Source: an uncultured Methanosarcinales archaeon
GTDB lineage: Archaea > Nanobdellota > Nanobdellia > Woesearchaeales > GW2011-AR9
Length of the DNA stretch: 64,000 nucleotides
Direction: 5' to 3'
Assembly: GCA_964344235.1 (NCBI GenBank)
Contig: CAYFMJ010000002.1
Span: 1-64,000, forward strand
Shown: piece by piece, positions 8,238 to 17,070 of the stretch
Numbering within the stretch: position 1 is the first letter of the stretch
How the letters are laid out: the number at the start of each line of letters is the position of its first letter
Program-made: the position numbers and the translations under genes
Notes under the pieces: generated by a model
What the model saw: the letters and a program-made list of their open reading frames with translations, nothing else
The model's database searches: none
Told to the model about the DNA's origin: nothing

Positions 8238-9632
8238 ATGAAATTAAAGCTCTTCAACACACTCACAAAGAAAAAACAACTATTTACACCCCTCAAAAAA
8301 ACGTCTGTGAGTCTTTACACCTGCGGGCCGACAGTCTATAATTACGCTCACATCGGTAATTTACGGAGTTATATCTTTGAAGATATTCTCAAACGCGCAC
8401 TATTATTCAACAAATATAAAGTCAACCATGTGATGAACATTACTGATGTTGGCCATCTTACTGGAGACAATGATCATGGTGAGGACAAGATGTTGAAAGG
8501 AGCGAAACGGGAGAAGAAAACCGTTTGGGAAATCGCAGAGTTTTACACAAAAGCATTTCAGGAGGATATGCAGAAACTTCACATTCTCCCACCCACTACG
8601 TGGTGTAAAGCAACTGACCATATCAAAGAACAAGTTAATTTGATTAAACAATTAGAGAAAAATGGTTACACCTATCAGGCAGGCGGTAATGTCTATTTTG
8701 ACACATCGAAACTGAAAGATTACGGTAAACTTGCTCAATTAAATCTAAAAGCGAAAACCAAAGAGCGTGTACAAAAGGATGCTAACAAAAAGAATCAACA
8801 CGACTTTGTCTTATGGTTTACCAAATCAAAATTTCAAGATCAGGAAATGAAATGGAATTCCCTGTATGGAACTGGCTATCCTGGTTGGCATCTTGAATGT
8901 AGTGCCATGGCATCTAAGTACCTCGGCAAACAGTTTGACATCCATTGTGGAGGTATTGACCACATTCCAATCCATCACACGAATGAGATAGCTCAATCAG
9001 AAGCTGCTTTTGGTAAGAAGCCATGGGTTAAGTATTGGTTACATAATGAATTTTTGGTGTTAGGAAAAGGCGAGAAGATGGCGAAATCTGGTGAAAACTT
9101 CTTAACACTTGCTACGCTAGAAAAGAAAGGCTTCGATCCGTTGGATTACAGATATTTCTGTTTAGGCACGCAATACAGAAACCCATTAATGTTTAGCTTC
9201 GCTGCTTTAGAAAGTTCAAAAACTGCTCGTAAACGGCTGTTTGAAAAAGTATTACAATTACAAGACAGTACGCATGGTAAAGATGATAAAACTGCACGAA
9301 AGAAATACCTGACTACATTTACCAAAGAAATTAACGACGATTTAAACACGCCGAAAGCACTTGCTATATTGTGGGATGTTGTCAAAGATAAAAAGTTAGG
9401 TGATCACGATAAATATTTCTTGTTATTAGAATTTGATAAAATCTTTGGCTTCAATTTAGGTAATATCAAACGTGCAGATGTTCCGGACAAAATTAAGAAA
9501 CTAGCCGAGAAGCGATTAGCCGCTCGGAAAGAGAAAGACTGGGCAACTTCTGATAAACTCCGCGATCAAATCAATAAGTTAGGTTGGACAATTGATGATA
9601 CGGATGGCGGGTATGAATTGAAGAAAAGATAG
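8238..9632 (+). CDS. cysS: Cysteine--tRNA ligase
   Basis: [39 protein letters not shown]. Confidence 0.97.
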   Translation: MKLKLFNTLTKKKQLFTPLKKTSVSLYTCGPTVYNYAHIGNLRSYIFEDILKRALLFNKYKVNHVMNITDVGHLTGDNDHGEDKMLKGAKREKKTVWEIAEFYTKAFQEDMQKLHILPPTTWCKATDHIKEQVNLIKQLEKNGYTYQAGGNVYFDTSKLKDYGKLAQLNLKAKTKERVQKDANKKNQHDFVLWFTKSKFQDQEMKWNSLYGTGYPGWHLECSAMASKYLGKQFDIHCGGIDHIPIHHTNEIAQSEAAFGKKPWVKYWLHNEFLVLGKGEKMAKSGENFLTLATLEKKGFDPLDYRYFCLGTQYRNPLMFSFAALESSKTARKRLFEKVLQLQDSTHGKDDKTARKKYLTTFTKEINDDLNTPKALAILWDVVKDKKLGDHDKYFLLLEFDKIFGFNLGNIKRADVPDKIKKLAEKRLAARKEKDWATSDKLRDQINKLGWTIDDTDGGYELKKR

Positions 9633-9641
9633 CTTCAAACT

Positions 9642-10334
9642 TTATTCTGCGCTTCCCGCGAATACAAATGTTTTATTCGGAATACGTTTAATTATTTTCT
9701 TGATCTCTTTCAACAACTTTGGGATAAGGAATTTTGCTTCTCTAGTATACTTCTCAGGGTGTTCGAGAAGTTCTCGTTCAATTTCATTTGGGTAGTACAA
9801 TTCTACTCCCGATGTTTCTCCATCTTTAAACTTAACGCGTCCGTCATATACTCCAATGTAAATGGTTGCAATTTGAGGGAAGATATATGTGTGTCCATCT
9901 TTGTGAACTCGTTCCGACATAAAATTGTTATGTGTGACAATTTCTTTAAACACTCCGGTTGTCCCCAAGTCTGTTTCCTTTAACGCTGCATCAAACTCTT
10001 TCTCAGCTAAAACTGCAGCAGGGAAACCCATCTCCTCGGAACACTCTTTCATTAGAGTGTATTCTTTTGTTTCATCATACTTTATATTTGCCCCAATTGT
10101 TTTATCGTAAAGAAGTGAATTTTGATTTTTGAAACGGCTTCGCTTTGTAACATAAATCCCTCCATTTCTGTTTAGAAGAATAATTTTGATGGTTTGTACT
10201 TGTCTGGTAACTTTACCGGTTTTTCTGAATTCTTGCTTAGCTTCTCTATAGTATCGGACCCTGTCCTGAACTCCCAAGAACTGTCCGAATAAATCAAATA
10301 CTTTTAATTTCTCTTTTGGTTGTTTATTTTTCAT
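9642..10334 (-). CDS. Nudix hydrolase-like protein (degenerate Nudix box)
   Basis: YVTKRS..K......YDKTIGANIKYDETKEYTLMKECSEEMG; clear paralogue of the upstream gene. Confidence 0.7.
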   Translation of the reverse strand: MKNKQPKEKLKVFDLFGQFLGVQDRVRYYREAKQEFRKTGKVTRQVQTIKIILLNRNGGIYVTKRSRFKNQNSLLYDKTIGANIKYDETKEYTLMKECSEEMGFPAAVLAEKEFDAALKETDLGTTGVFKEIVTHNNFMSERVHKDGHTYIFPQIATIYIGVYDGRVKFKDGETSGVELYYPNEIERELLEHPEKYTREAKFLIPKLLKEIKKIIKRIPNKTFVFAGSAE

Positions 10335-10339
10335 TTTAT

Positions 10340-11017
10340 CTAATCATTGAGAACATGCACTTCTCTCGCAGGTGCAGGTTTCATCATGTGCTTGAACTTC
10401 TTCAGAATGTAATGCATATCTTTTGAAAACGCATCGGGATTCTCATGTAATTCTTCATCAAGTTCTTCTGCGGTGAATACTTGAATTCCACACGCTTCTT
10501 TGTCAATGAACTTAATGTGTCCATCATAGTACCCAATATAGAAACGAGTCATTTGTGGTTCAATCCAGTTCTTCTTTCCTTTTACCGAATAATTTGCTTG
10601 GAAATTGTCCAATTCAGTTAACTTGGTTAAAATTGCGAGGACATGCAAATCGGTTTTTGCAACAGTTCTCTCGAAAAGTTCATTCTTAACAACAGTTGCA
10701 GGAATACCCAACTCTTCAGCACATTCTTTAAGCATTGTAAGATCATATGAATCTCCACTTGATACATGACCACCAATAGTTTTATCCCATAAGCCTGCAT
10801 TGTTTCCTTTCCATTTTGATCTTCGTTGTAGAATGACCCTCCCCTTAGAAGTCATCAAAATGAGGCGGACGTGTTTGTGTCTGACACTTACTTGGCCTTT
10901 CTTGAAGTACTCCTTTCGCATCTTTTCATGGAGCTGTTTCTTCTCCATGCTCCCAATCAGTTCTCCTTGATAGGAATAGTAATCAATCATTTCTTCAGGA
11001 AAGTTCATTGTTCGCAT
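10340..11017 (-). CDS. Nudix hydrolase (IDI-type-1/YfcD-like)
   Basis: LQRRSKWK..NAGLWDKTIGGHVSSGDSYDLTMLKECAEELGI. Confidence 0.8.
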   Translation of the reverse strand: MRTMNFPEEMIDYYSYQGELIGSMEKKQLHEKMRKEYFKKGQVSVRHKHVRLILMTSKGRVILQRRSKWKGNNAGLWDKTIGGHVSSGDSYDLTMLKECAEELGIPATVVKNELFERTVAKTDLHVLAILTKLTELDNFQANYSVKGKKNWIEPQMTRFYIGYYDGHIKFIDKEACGIQVFTAEELDEELHENPDAFSKDMHYILKKFKHMMKPAPAREVHVLND

Positions 11018-11179
11018 CCTCAGTACTAATCTGTCTCATAATGTGCCTAAAAACCCTTTTTCATATAAATCTTTTGAGAATTAACCACTTTTTCATAGTC
11101 ACAAAAAGTAAGGATAAACTTTCAAACCATCAACACAACATTTATATTGTCCCTATTCCTCTTCAACACAGGTGATTTG

Positions 11180-11695
11180 ATGAAACATATCCTAATTATT
11201 ACACTTCTAACACTCACACTACTTATTACAGCATGTCAAAGTGCACCTGCAGTAACAACCACAGAAAATGCTGAATGGCTCTCCACACCTTTAACAGACA
11301 TCGCAACAAATCAGCAATTCACTTTAGACCAATTCAACACACCAATTCTCTTAGAATCATTCGCAGTCTGGTGTCCTACCTGTACAAAACAACAAAATAT
11401 CATCAAAGACCTCCACGAAATTGTTGGGGATACAGTAACATCAATCTCTTTAGACACAGACCCTAACGAAGACACCGCTATAGTACAAAACCACATCAAC
11501 CAACATGGTTTCGATTGGTATTACGCCATTTCTCCACCAGAATTAACACAATCACTAATTGACCAATTTGGTATCAATGTTGTCAATGCACCAAGAGCAC
11601 CTATTGTGCTTATTTGTCCAGATCACTCAGCTCGACTTCTCAAAAACGGTTTAAAATCAGTAGAAGAATTACAACAGGAGATTGCAACATGCTAG
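11180..11695 (+). CDS. Thioredoxin/redoxin-like lipoprotein
   Basis: Lipobox-like LLITAC; FAVWCPTC; RBS AGGTGA. Confidence 0.8.
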   Translation: MKHILIITLLTLTLLITACQSAPAVTTTENAEWLSTPLTDIATNQQFTLDQFNTPILLESFAVWCPTCTKQQNIIKDLHEIVGDTVTSISLDTDPNEDTAIVQNHINQHGFDWYYAISPPELTQSLIDQFGINVVNAPRAPIVLICPDHSARLLKNGLKSVEELQQEIATC

Positions 11696-12360
11696 CAAAT
11701 TTGTGGATCGCGTTTCTTGCAGGACTGTTCGCTCCTCTTGGAGCTGTCTGTGTCCTACCTTTATACCCTGGCTTTCTTGCATACTTAGCAGGTAAAGTAA
11801 CACAAGATGAAAATCCCAAACGTAAAATCATCATGTTCAGCGTGATCATCACGTTAGGGGTGATTCTTTCCATGTTTATTGTTGGATTACTCTTCACAGG
11901 AATTTTCCAATCCTCATTAACAAAAGCAATTGGTATTATTTCCCCAATCGCTTTTGGTATTCTGGCAATCATCTCGCTTCTATTGATCTTCAATGTAGAC
12001 TTCTCGCGATTCCTTCCAAAAGCCCACGCTCCTGTGTTGCAAAGCCCGTATTGGAGTGCTTTAGTCTTCGGTTTGTTCTTCGGAGCAATTGTTCTCCCCT
12101 GTAACCCTGCATCGTTAGCAGTTCTCTTTGCAGTGTCTACATCTGTCACAAGCTTCATCACAAATCTTCTCAACTTCATCGTCTTCGGTATTGGCATGGG
12201 TCTTCCACTATTACTTTTGGCATTCATCTCCGCTTCTGCCGGTCAGAGATTCACAACATGGTTAGGCACTCACAAAAAACCAATTGACATTGTTGCAGGA
12301 ATCATCATGTTAGGAATAGCACTCTATTACCTTATCTTCGTCTTCAACATCTTTGGTTAA
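11689..12360 (+). CDS. ccdA: CcdA/DsbD-family disulfide transporter
   Basis: About six TM helices; AVCVLPLYP and VLPC cysteines. Confidence 0.8.
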   Translation: MLANLWIAFLAGLFAPLGAVCVLPLYPGFLAYLAGKVTQDENPKRKIIMFSVIITLGVILSMFIVGLLFTGIFQSSLTKAIGIISPIAFGILAIISLLLIFNVDFSRFLPKAHAPVLQSPYWSALVFGLFFGAIVLPCNPASLAVLFAVSTSVTSFITNLLNFIVFGIGMGLPLLLLAFISASAGQRFTTWLGTHKKPIDIVAGIIMLGIALYYLIFVFNIFG

Positions 12361-12366
12361 CATAAA

Positions 12367-13353
12367 ATGAAATATTTTACATCCATCCTTGTTATGGTTT
12401 CATTAGTGCTAGTTGGATGTACAACTGCAGTGGAAACACCTTCAGCAGAACCAGTTGAAGTTTTCTCGGAAGAAATTCAAACCCTGCCTGACGGTACGAA
12501 ATATATTGTTAACCCAAACAAAATTCTCGGCGGTGGCCCCCCAAAAGATGGCATTCCCTCCATTGACGAACCTATCTATCAACCTCTTGCAATTGCAGAT
12601 AATTGGATTCAAGATAATGAACTAGTTCTGGCGATTGAATACAAAGGAGTAAAAAGAGTCTACCCTTTACAAATTTTAGTGTGGCATGAAATCGTCAACG
12701 ATGAAATTGCTGGCGACCCAATTCTTATTACCTACTGTCCGCTATGCGGTTCTGGAATCGCGTATGAAAGAACAATCACCATTAACGGAGAGAAAGTCCC
12801 AACAGAATTCGGCACGTCAGGCAAATTATACAACTCTAACCTAGTCATGTATGACCGTACTACAGATACGTACTGGCAACAAATTGACGGGAAAGCGATT
12901 GTAGGCGAGTTAACGGGTCAAGAACTAACAGAACTTTCCATCGACACAGTTGTCTGGCGAGACTACAAAGCAGCGAACGAGTTTGCTGAAGTCCTCAGCA
13001 AGGTAACGGGCTTTGACAGAAATTACAGGAATGATCCGTACGGGAGTTATTACGAAGATAGTTTACTCTTCTTCCCAGTTGACAATGAAAACAACGTTAT
13101 CCATCCCAAAACAATTATTTTCGGTGTGGAAGTTGATGGCACATTCAAAGCGTATAAAGAAGATGATTTGAAGGCAACACCTGTTATTGAAGATACAATC
13201 AATGGAGTTAACATCAGAATAGAGAGAGATGAAGTTGGTATTGTGAAAGTAACAAATCTTGACACTGACACTGAAATTATCAAAGAACGGGATATGTGGT
13301 TTGCTTGGTACGCTTTTCATCCTGAAACATTGTTATACGAACCAATCAAATAA
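12367..13353 (+). CDS. DUF3179 domain lipoprotein
   Basis: GGPPKDGIPSID, WHEIVND, TYCPLCGSG, FGTSGKLYNSNLVMYDR, WFAWYAFHP. Confidence 0.85.
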   Translation: MKYFTSILVMVSLVLVGCTTAVETPSAEPVEVFSEEIQTLPDGTKYIVNPNKILGGGPPKDGIPSIDEPIYQPLAIADNWIQDNELVLAIEYKGVKRVYPLQILVWHEIVNDEIAGDPILITYCPLCGSGIAYERTITINGEKVPTEFGTSGKLYNSNLVMYDRTTDTYWQQIDGKAIVGELTGQELTELSIDTVVWRDYKAANEFAEVLSKVTGFDRNYRNDPYGSYYEDSLLFFPVDNENNVIHPKTIIFGVEVDGTFKAYKEDDLKATPVIEDTINGVNIRIERDEVGIVKVTNLDTDTEIIKERDMWFAWYAFHPETLLYEPIK

Positions 13354-13986
13354 TTACTTCTGCATCTTCCTATGATGCTTTTGAATTGTTACTATAGATA
13401 ACAGAAACAACGCTATAATTGCAATAATACCACCCATCCCTAATGCCTGTACTTCTCCTACTCCCACCGAAGCTACTGCTGCTCCCGTAATGGAAGATGC
13501 ATGAGATGTTAACCCAACAACAATAATTATTAACACGGCAGCTACCGTTCCTGCAATTGTTTGATATTGTCCTGCAGCAAACTTGCTTGGCGGTGCAGTA
13601 ATAAAATGATGCTTACCGGCTTTGAACTGCGCTCCTTTCCGCACAGACCTAACGAGTGGTTTCCCAGATTTCGTCGCTACCCGCTGTTGTTTCTGCCTTC
13701 GTTCCTTCAACACTTCGGCTTGAATCTTCTGTACCCTTTTATGTAACACCGCAGCTGCACTTTTTTGGTCCTGTGCTTTCAATAACTGTGATGCTAATGC
13801 AGCATCCTTATGAGCATTCTTCACCCAATCATGGAAGTCATGCTGGCTAGCATTCACATGATGTTTAAACGATTCTTCCTCCATATTAATAATAGCATGC
13901 TGTAAATCTTTTAAATTCTTTAAAACAGTCCCATCTACAACTACAAAATGATCCTTCTTCGGCACGTTTCGTAATCCGTATTTCAT
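13354..13986 (-). CDS. Hypothetical membrane protein (DUF5752-like N-terminus, two C-terminal TM segments)
   Basis: F..DG..LKNLKDL...F.HHVN....DF..WV; operonic overlap with glutaredoxin. Confidence 0.7.
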   Translation of the reverse strand: MKYGLRNVPKKDHFVVVDGTVLKNLKDLQHAIINMEEESFKHHVNASQHDFHDWVKNAHKDAALASQLLKAQDQKSAAAVLHKRVQKIQAEVLKERRQKQQRVATKSGKPLVRSVRKGAQFKAGKHHFITAPPSKFAAGQYQTIAGTVAAVLIIIVVGLTSHASSITGAAVASVGVGEVQALGMGGIIAIIALFLLSIVTIQKHHRKMQK

Positions 13987-14216
13987 TTGAGCAATTTCTC
14001 CATTTCATCTGGGTTAAACCCAACAATAACAGTTCCATCGATATCTACCACTGGCACTCCCATCTGCCCAGACTTTTCAATCATCTCATTCCGAGCTTTT
14101 TCATCCTCTTCAACGTTCTTGTTAGAAAATTTGACTTTATGCTCTTTCAACCACTCTTTGGTTTTTTTGCACCATGGACAGGAATTTGTCGAATAAACAG
14201 TAACCTTCGCCATCAT
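13983..14216 (-). CDS. Glutaredoxin-like protein (YruB/NrdH family)
   Basis: YSTNSCPWC, GQMGVPVVDIDG..IVGFN. Confidence 0.92.
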   Translation of the reverse strand: MMAKVTVYSTNSCPWCKKTKEWLKEHKVKFSNKNVEEDEKARNEMIEKSGQMGVPVVDIDGTVIVGFNPDEMEKLLK

Positions 14217-14310
14217 ATCACCTTTACTCTATTAAACCACCATAGTTTATAACTCTTTTCCCTTCAACAGATTCAAAATCTTTATTAAAAACACAACAAA
14301 ACAACACAAA

Positions 14311-14733
14311 ATGGTGCGGGCAAAACTTTTATTACAACTTACCCTTATTTTGGCAGTTATTGGGATAGCAGTTTCTTGTTACTTAACATACAGTCATGAG
14401 CACCCCGATCTAGCACCATGCGACATTAATCACGTTGCTTCTTGCACAATTGTCAATCAAAGTGTTTATTCTGAAGTCTTTGGCATTCCAGTAGCATTAT
14501 TTGGTGTTCTGTGGTTTATTGTACTTGGGTTAATTGCACTCAAAACATTCAAATCAAAAAAATTCACACGTGAACTCTACGGTTGGAACATTCTTGGAGT
14601 CGTCTTCGTCCTCTATTTCATTTTCGCAGAATTCCAACTCAAAGCAATCTGTCCTTGGTGTACTGTTGTGCATGTTATTATCCTCATCACGTTCTTTATT
14701 TCACTTATTCTAAAGAAAAAAGCGTTAAGTTAA
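14311..14733 (+). CDS. Vitamin K epoxide reductase (VKOR) family protein
   Basis: CDIN..ASC loop, SEVFGIPVA, ICPWCTVVH. Confidence 0.9.
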   Translation: MVRAKLLLQLTLILAVIGIAVSCYLTYSHEHPDLAPCDINHVASCTIVNQSVYSEVFGIPVALFGVLWFIVLGLIALKTFKSKKFTRELYGWNILGVVFVLYFIFAEFQLKAICPWCTVVHVIILITFFISLILKKKALS

Positions 14734-14780
14734 ATTTATATACATCTCTCACTTCTCAAAATACAAAGAGAGGTGACTAT

Positions 14781-14891
14781 ATGCCAGCTAAAAAAACTGC
14801 CAAAAAACCAACTAAGAAAGCAACAAAATCGTCTTCTAAGAAAAAACCTAAAGTCATCAAGAGCGGCAAGAACGTCTGCACCTATTGTTAA
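14781..14891 (+). CDS. 36-aa Lys-rich microprotein ending in CTYC
   Basis: RBS GAGAGGTGA; MPAKKTAKKPTKKATKSSSKKKPKVIKSGKNVCTYC; stop 1 nt before the transketolase ATG. Confidence 0.5.
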   Translation: MPAKKTAKKPTKKATKSSSKKKPKVIKSGKNVCTYC

Positions 14892-14892
14892 T

Positions 14893-15786
14893 ATGAAAAA
14901 AATAACGAACGTGAAAGACCTGCAAATGATGGCAGATATTATTCGGGAAGATATTATCTCTTCACTATTAGAAGCGGGTTCCGGCCATTCAGCTGGCCCT
15001 CTTGGCATGGCGGAAATCTTTACAGCCCTCTACTTCAACGTTCTCAAACATAACCCAAAGAATCCTCGTTGGGAAAAACGGGACCGGTTCATTCTTTCCA
15101 ACGGCCATATTTGCCCCGGTATGTACGCTGCAATGGCGAATGTAGGCTATTTCCCTAAAAAAGAACTTCTGACACTCCGAAAGTTGGGCACACGCTTACA
15201 AGGCCACCCGCATAGAACTGCGCTTCCTGGCTTAGAAACAACATCTGGCCCCTTAGGTTCTGGTTTATCGCAAGCAGCAGGGATGGCTTTGGCGTTCAAG
15301 AGAGATAAAAAGCCGAACAAAGTCTTCTGCATGTGTAGTGATGGTGAGCAAAATGAAGGCAACCACTGGGAGGCTGTAATGTTTGCTGGGAAGTACAAAT
15401 TACATAACCTCATTGCAATCACTGATCGCAATTACATTCAAATAGATGGTAACACTGAAGACGTGATGCCCCTCGATCCGTTGGATGAAAAATATAAAGC
15501 ATTTAACTGGCATGTCAAAATGATTGATGGTAACAACATGCGACAAGTTCTCACAACGTTACAGAAAGCCCGTAACAATACTGGCAAACCATTAATGATT
15601 ATTGCTAACACCGTTCCTGGAAAGGGTGTTGATTTCATGGAAAATAAATACGAATGGCACGGTAAACCACCGAAAGCCGATGAAGCAACTACAGCAATAG
15701 AAGAAATCCATGCGCATGAAGTTGAAGAGAGGGGTGATTGGTTTACACAACATCAGAAACTGAAACCACTCCATCCGAAAAAATGA
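14893..15786 (+). CDS. Transketolase, N-terminal subunit
   Basis: GSGHSAG, DRFILSNGH, LQGHP, GPLGSGLS, SDGEQNEG. Confidence 0.95.
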   Translation: MKKITNVKDLQMMADIIREDIISSLLEAGSGHSAGPLGMAEIFTALYFNVLKHNPKNPRWEKRDRFILSNGHICPGMYAAMANVGYFPKKELLTLRKLGTRLQGHPHRTALPGLETTSGPLGSGLSQAAGMALAFKRDKKPNKVFCMCSDGEQNEGNHWEAVMFAGKYKLHNLIAITDRNYIQIDGNTEDVMPLDPLDEKYKAFNWHVKMIDGNNMRQVLTTLQKARNNTGKPLMIIANTVPGKGVDFMENKYEWHGKPPKADEATTAIEEIHAHEVEERGDWFTQHQKLKPLHPKK

Positions 15787-16763
15787 ACTTAACAGAACTC
15801 AAAAAGCTGAACAAAGCAATGCACCTAAACTTTTTCCGCCAGCTCGTTCCTACCAGAAATGGCTATGGTGATGCACTTGTACAACTAGGAAGAAACAAAA
15901 AAATTATGGTTCTTTGCGCAGATCTCAGTGATTCTACGAGAGTATCTGCATTTGCAAAAAAATACCCAAAACAGTTCGTGGAAATGGGTGTTGCCGAGCA
16001 AAACCTCGTCACCGTAGCATCTGGTTTAGCAGCTGTTGGGAAGATACCGTTTGCTTCCTCTTATGCAGCGTTTTGTCCTGGCAGGTGTTGGGAACAAATT
16101 AGAACAACTATTTGTTACAACGACCAGAATGTTAAAATCATTGGCGCACATGCGGGTATTTCTGTTGGGCCAGACGGCGCAACGCATCAAGCATTGGAAG
16201 ATATTGCAACCATGCGTTCCTTAGCTAACATGGTTGTTGTCGTTCCTGCAGATTATGACCAAACCAAGAAAGCAACCAAAGCTATTGCAAAGTACAAAGG
16301 TCCTGCTTACATGCGTTTTGCTCGTAATAAAACAGCGCAGGTAACCACTCCCAAAACGCCGTTTACAATCGGCAAAGCGCAAGTGTTGAAACAGGGAAAC
16401 GATATTGCTTTAATTGGAGCTGGGCCGCTAGTACATGAATGTTTAGTAGCAGCATTGATGCTGCAGAAAGAAGGCATCAATGCCATGGTAATTAACTGCC
16501 ACACCATCAAGCCGCTTGACGAGAAAACAATTCTGGCTGCAGCAAAAAAATGTGGTAAAATAGTAACGGCAGAAGAAGCGCAAATTACTGGGGGGCTAGG
16601 TAGTGCAATTGCTGAATTCCTATCTGAGAAATATCCCACTCCCATCCGCAGAGTTGGTGTCCAAGATCGTTATGGAGAAAGTGGTGAACCAACGGAATTG
16701 TTACATGCTTTTGGCTTAAGTGCGAAACACATCTATCGCGAAGCAAAAAAATTAGTAAGGTGA
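15783..16763 (+). CDS. Transketolase, C-terminal subunit
   Basis: EMGVAEQN, GPDGATHQALED, IKPLD. Confidence 0.95.
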   Translation: MNLTELKKLNKAMHLNFFRQLVPTRNGYGDALVQLGRNKKIMVLCADLSDSTRVSAFAKKYPKQFVEMGVAEQNLVTVASGLAAVGKIPFASSYAAFCPGRCWEQIRTTICYNDQNVKIIGAHAGISVGPDGATHQALEDIATMRSLANMVVVVPADYDQTKKATKAIAKYKGPAYMRFARNKTAQVTTPKTPFTIGKAQVLKQGNDIALIGAGPLVHECLVAALMLQKEGINAMVINCHTIKPLDEKTILAAAKKCGKIVTAEEAQITGGLGSAIAEFLSEKYPTPIRRVGVQDRYGESGEPTELLHAFGLSAKHIYREAKKLVR

Positions 16764-16767
16764 TAAT

Positions 16768-16857
16768 ATGTTAGAATGTCCGAGATGTGGGGAAGACATG
16801 AAGCTTCCCGAATCCTGTAATGGTTGCAAGTTTTGCATAACTTGTTGTGAGTGTTAG
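16768..16857 (+). CDS. 29-aa Cys-rich (8 Cys) CPxCG-type microprotein
   Basis: MLECPRCGEDMKLPESCNGCKFCITCCEC; RBS AAGGTGA overlapping the transketolase stop. Confidence 0.6.
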   Translation: MLECPRCGEDMKLPESCNGCKFCITCCEC

Positions 16858-16860
16858 ATT

Positions 16861-17067
16861 TTATTTTTTTGTAAACTTTTTTTGCAATGCATTCAGGGCA
16901 TCCTGCCACAAATCATCATATTCTCTACTTTTAGAAATAAACTTTGTTGATCCATCTTTCTTCATGCCATAGACTTTAAGATCTCTCCGAATCAGTGCCA
17001 TGTCATGTTGCAGTGCTAAAAGTACAGCTTTCTCTTTCGCTGATTGTCTCTGTTTTTCACTTACCAT
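16861..17067 (-). CDS. Hypothetical protein
   Basis: 68-aa ORF, 3 nt downstream of the oxidoreductase on the same strand. Confidence 0.6.
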   Translation of the reverse strand: MVSEKQRQSAKEKAVLLALQHDMALIRRDLKVYGMKKDGSTKFISKSREYDDLWQDALNALQKKFTKK

Positions 17068-17070
17068 TTC

